From an uncultured Actinomycetota bacterium (GTDB lineage: Bacteria; Actinomycetota; Actinomycetes; JAHEKZ01), in assembly GCA_963829525.1 (NCBI GenBank), contig CAWHIJ010000003.1:1184001-1248000 (forward strand): a stretch of 64,000 nucleotides of DNA. The letters are read 5' to 3'. The stretch's first letter is position 1, and the number at the start of each line of letters is the position of its first letter. Below, in pieces: positions 62,392 to 64,000 of this stretch. Position numbers and translations under genes: made by a program. Below the pieces are notes generated by a model. That model saw only the letters and a list, made by a program, of their open reading frames with translations, made no database searches and was not told where the DNA came from.

Positions 62392-64000
62392 CTACGCCTC
62401 GGCCAGCTCGACCGACACGGTGAGCTCAGAAGATCCACCGGTCAAATCCAGCACCTCTATCCGGCCGACTGCGGCGAGGTCGCCGCGGGCATCTTCGAGA
62501 AGTGCGACCTGCTCGGTCGTCGCGCGCACCTCGGCCCGGGACACCCCGGTGCGCATGGATGCCTTGGCATCGGACTTGGCCTTGCGGATCTCGCCGAGCA
62601 CCACCGAAACGGTGTCGAGCAGCGCAGGGTTTCCGTCGCCCGCGGCCGTCCGAACGTCGTGGGCACTTGGCCAGGGAGCAAGGTGCACCGAGCCTTCCTG
62701 CCACCAGGACCACACCTCTTCGGTGACGAAGGGTAAGACGGGCGCGAAGAGCCGGTGCAGCACCGACAAAGCAGTGGCGAGTGTGGCGCGCGCAGAGCGC
62801 GCTCCGGTGTCGGATGCTTCGCGGTAGGCCCGCTCCTTGACGAGCTCGACGTAGTCGTCGGTGAAGGACCAGAAGAAGGACTCGGCTGACTCGAGTGCGC
62901 GGGAGTAGTTGTAGTCGTCAAACGCGCGCGTGGCGTCGTCCACGATGTCGGCAAGCCGTGCAAGGAGCGCCCGGTCGAGGGGCTCGCTGATGGCCGATGC
63001 ATCGAAAGCCAGCGAGGAGTCTGCGCCCACCCCCAGCACGAACTTGCTGGCGTTGAGCACCTTGATCGCGAGACGGCGGCCCACCTTCATCTGGCCGATG
63101 TCGAACGCGGTGTCGGTGCCCGGTCGACCGCTGGCTGCCCAGTAGCGAACGCCGTCGGACCCATACTCCTCGAGCAGATCCATGGGGGTGACGACGTTGC
63201 CTTTGGACTTGCTCATCTTCTTGCGGTCGGGGTCGAGAATCCATCCGGAGATCGCGATGTCGCTCCAGGGGACGGCATCGTGCTCGGCATTGGCGCGAAC
63301 GACTGACGAGAAGAGCCAGGTGCGGATGATCTCGTGCGCCTGGGGGCGCAGGTCCATGGGGAAGACGCGGGCGTAGAGGTCGTCGTCGAACGACCACCCG
63401 CCCGCGATCTGCGGAGTGAGGGAGGACGTGGCCCAGGTGTCCATGATGTCGGGGTCGCCGATGAAGCCACCCGCTTCACCCCGCTGGTCTTCGTTGAATC
63501 CGGGCGGAACCTCAGACTGAGGGTCGATCGGCAGGGTGTCATCGGCTGGAGTGATCGGATCGTCGTAGACGGGTTCGCCGTTTGCGTCGAGCCGATACCA
63601 GAGCGGTAGCGGTACACCGAAGAAACGCTGGCGAGAGATGAGCCAGTCGCCGTTGAGACCCGACACCCAATTGTCGTAGCGCACCTTCATGTGGGCGGGG
63701 TGCCAGTTCAGCTCGGCCCCGCGGGCAAGCAACCGTTCCCGAAGCAGCTCGTCGCGGCCACCGTTACGGATGTACCACTGACGGGTGCTGACGATCTCGA
63801 GTGGCTTGTCGCCCTTTTCGTAGAACTTCACCGGGTGTTTGATCGAGCGCGGCTCGCCGATGAGGTCGCCGCTCTCGCGGAGCATGTCGACGATCGTCTG
63901 CTTCGCCGTGAACACCGTCGACCCCGCCAAGCGGGCGTAGGCCGACCGACCATCGGGTGCGGTGATGGCGTCAGGGACATCGGCGATCACGCGACCGTCG
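62392..64000 (-). CDS. valS: Valine--tRNA ligase, 3' part (truncated by window)
   Basis: DWLISRQR, MDTWATSS, RPQAHEIIRTW, KMSKS. Confidence 0.96.
   Translation of the reverse strand, partial: DGRVIADVPDAITAPDGRSAYARLAGSTVFTAKQTIVDMLRESGDLIGEPRSIKHPVKFYEKGDKPLEIVSTRQWYIRNGGRDELLRERLLARGAELNWHPAHMKVRYDNWVSGLNGDWLISRQRFFGVPLPLWYRLDANGEPVYDDPITPADDTLPIDPQSEVPPGFNEDQRGEAGGFIGDPDIMDTWATSSLTPQIAGGWSFDDDLYARVFPMDLRPQAHEIIRTWLFSSVVRANAEHDAVPWSDIAISGWILDPDRKKMSKSKGNVVTPMDLLEEYGSDGVRYWAASGRPGTDTAFDIGQMKVGRRLAIKVLNASKFVLGVGADSSLAFDASAISEPLDRALLARLADIVDDATRAFDDYNYSRALESAESFFWSFTDDYVELVKERAYREASDTGARSARATLATALSVLHRLFAPVLPFVTEEVWSWWQEGSVHLAPWPSAHDVRTAAGDGNPALLDTVSVVLGEIRKAKSDAKASMRTGVSRAEVRATTEQVALLEDARGDLAAVGRIEVLDLTGGSSELTVSVELAEA

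Noticed and set aside
62099-62827. 242-aa + strand ORF
   Set aside because: Overlaps valS antisense, low-complexity composition, no RBS.

Overview
High-GC actinobacterial chromosome window, probably Nocardioidaceae/Propionibacteriales-like judging from gene content and order (inference). The conserved backbone is kdpABCDE at the left end, then ssbB-ettA-thioesterase ... globin-mscS-HNH-ctaJ-DUF5130-pepN-rpiB-nei ... tRNA-Gly/tRNA-Pro-tig-clpP1-clpP2-clpX-valS. Accessory blocks sit at about 6-26 kb, 29.8-34.3 kb and 43.7-57.4 kb. The best candidate for an undescribed system is at 8.8-14.7 kb. There a NarL-type two-component pair is flanked by two inverted copies of a ~70-bp promoter/operator. 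One copy faces a Tat-exported 4Fe-4S protein with two non-Cys ligand positions and an NrfD/PsrC membrane subunit fused to an Ig-like, membrane-anchored domain, with no catalytic subunit nearby. The other copy faces a helical lipoprotein. Other notable signals are an exact 25-bp direct repeat bracketing a secreted-protein gene, a TA module at tRNA-Gly flanked by integrase-arm-like motifs, a 21-bp duplication between the tig 3' end and the clpP promoter, and FurA-, BldD- and DnaA-like boxes. About 16 single-base indels interrupt seven genes in two clusters; these are most likely long-read consensus errors. No CRISPR array, rRNA, intact integrase or transposase was seen. All calls come from reading the sequence by eye; no searches were run.
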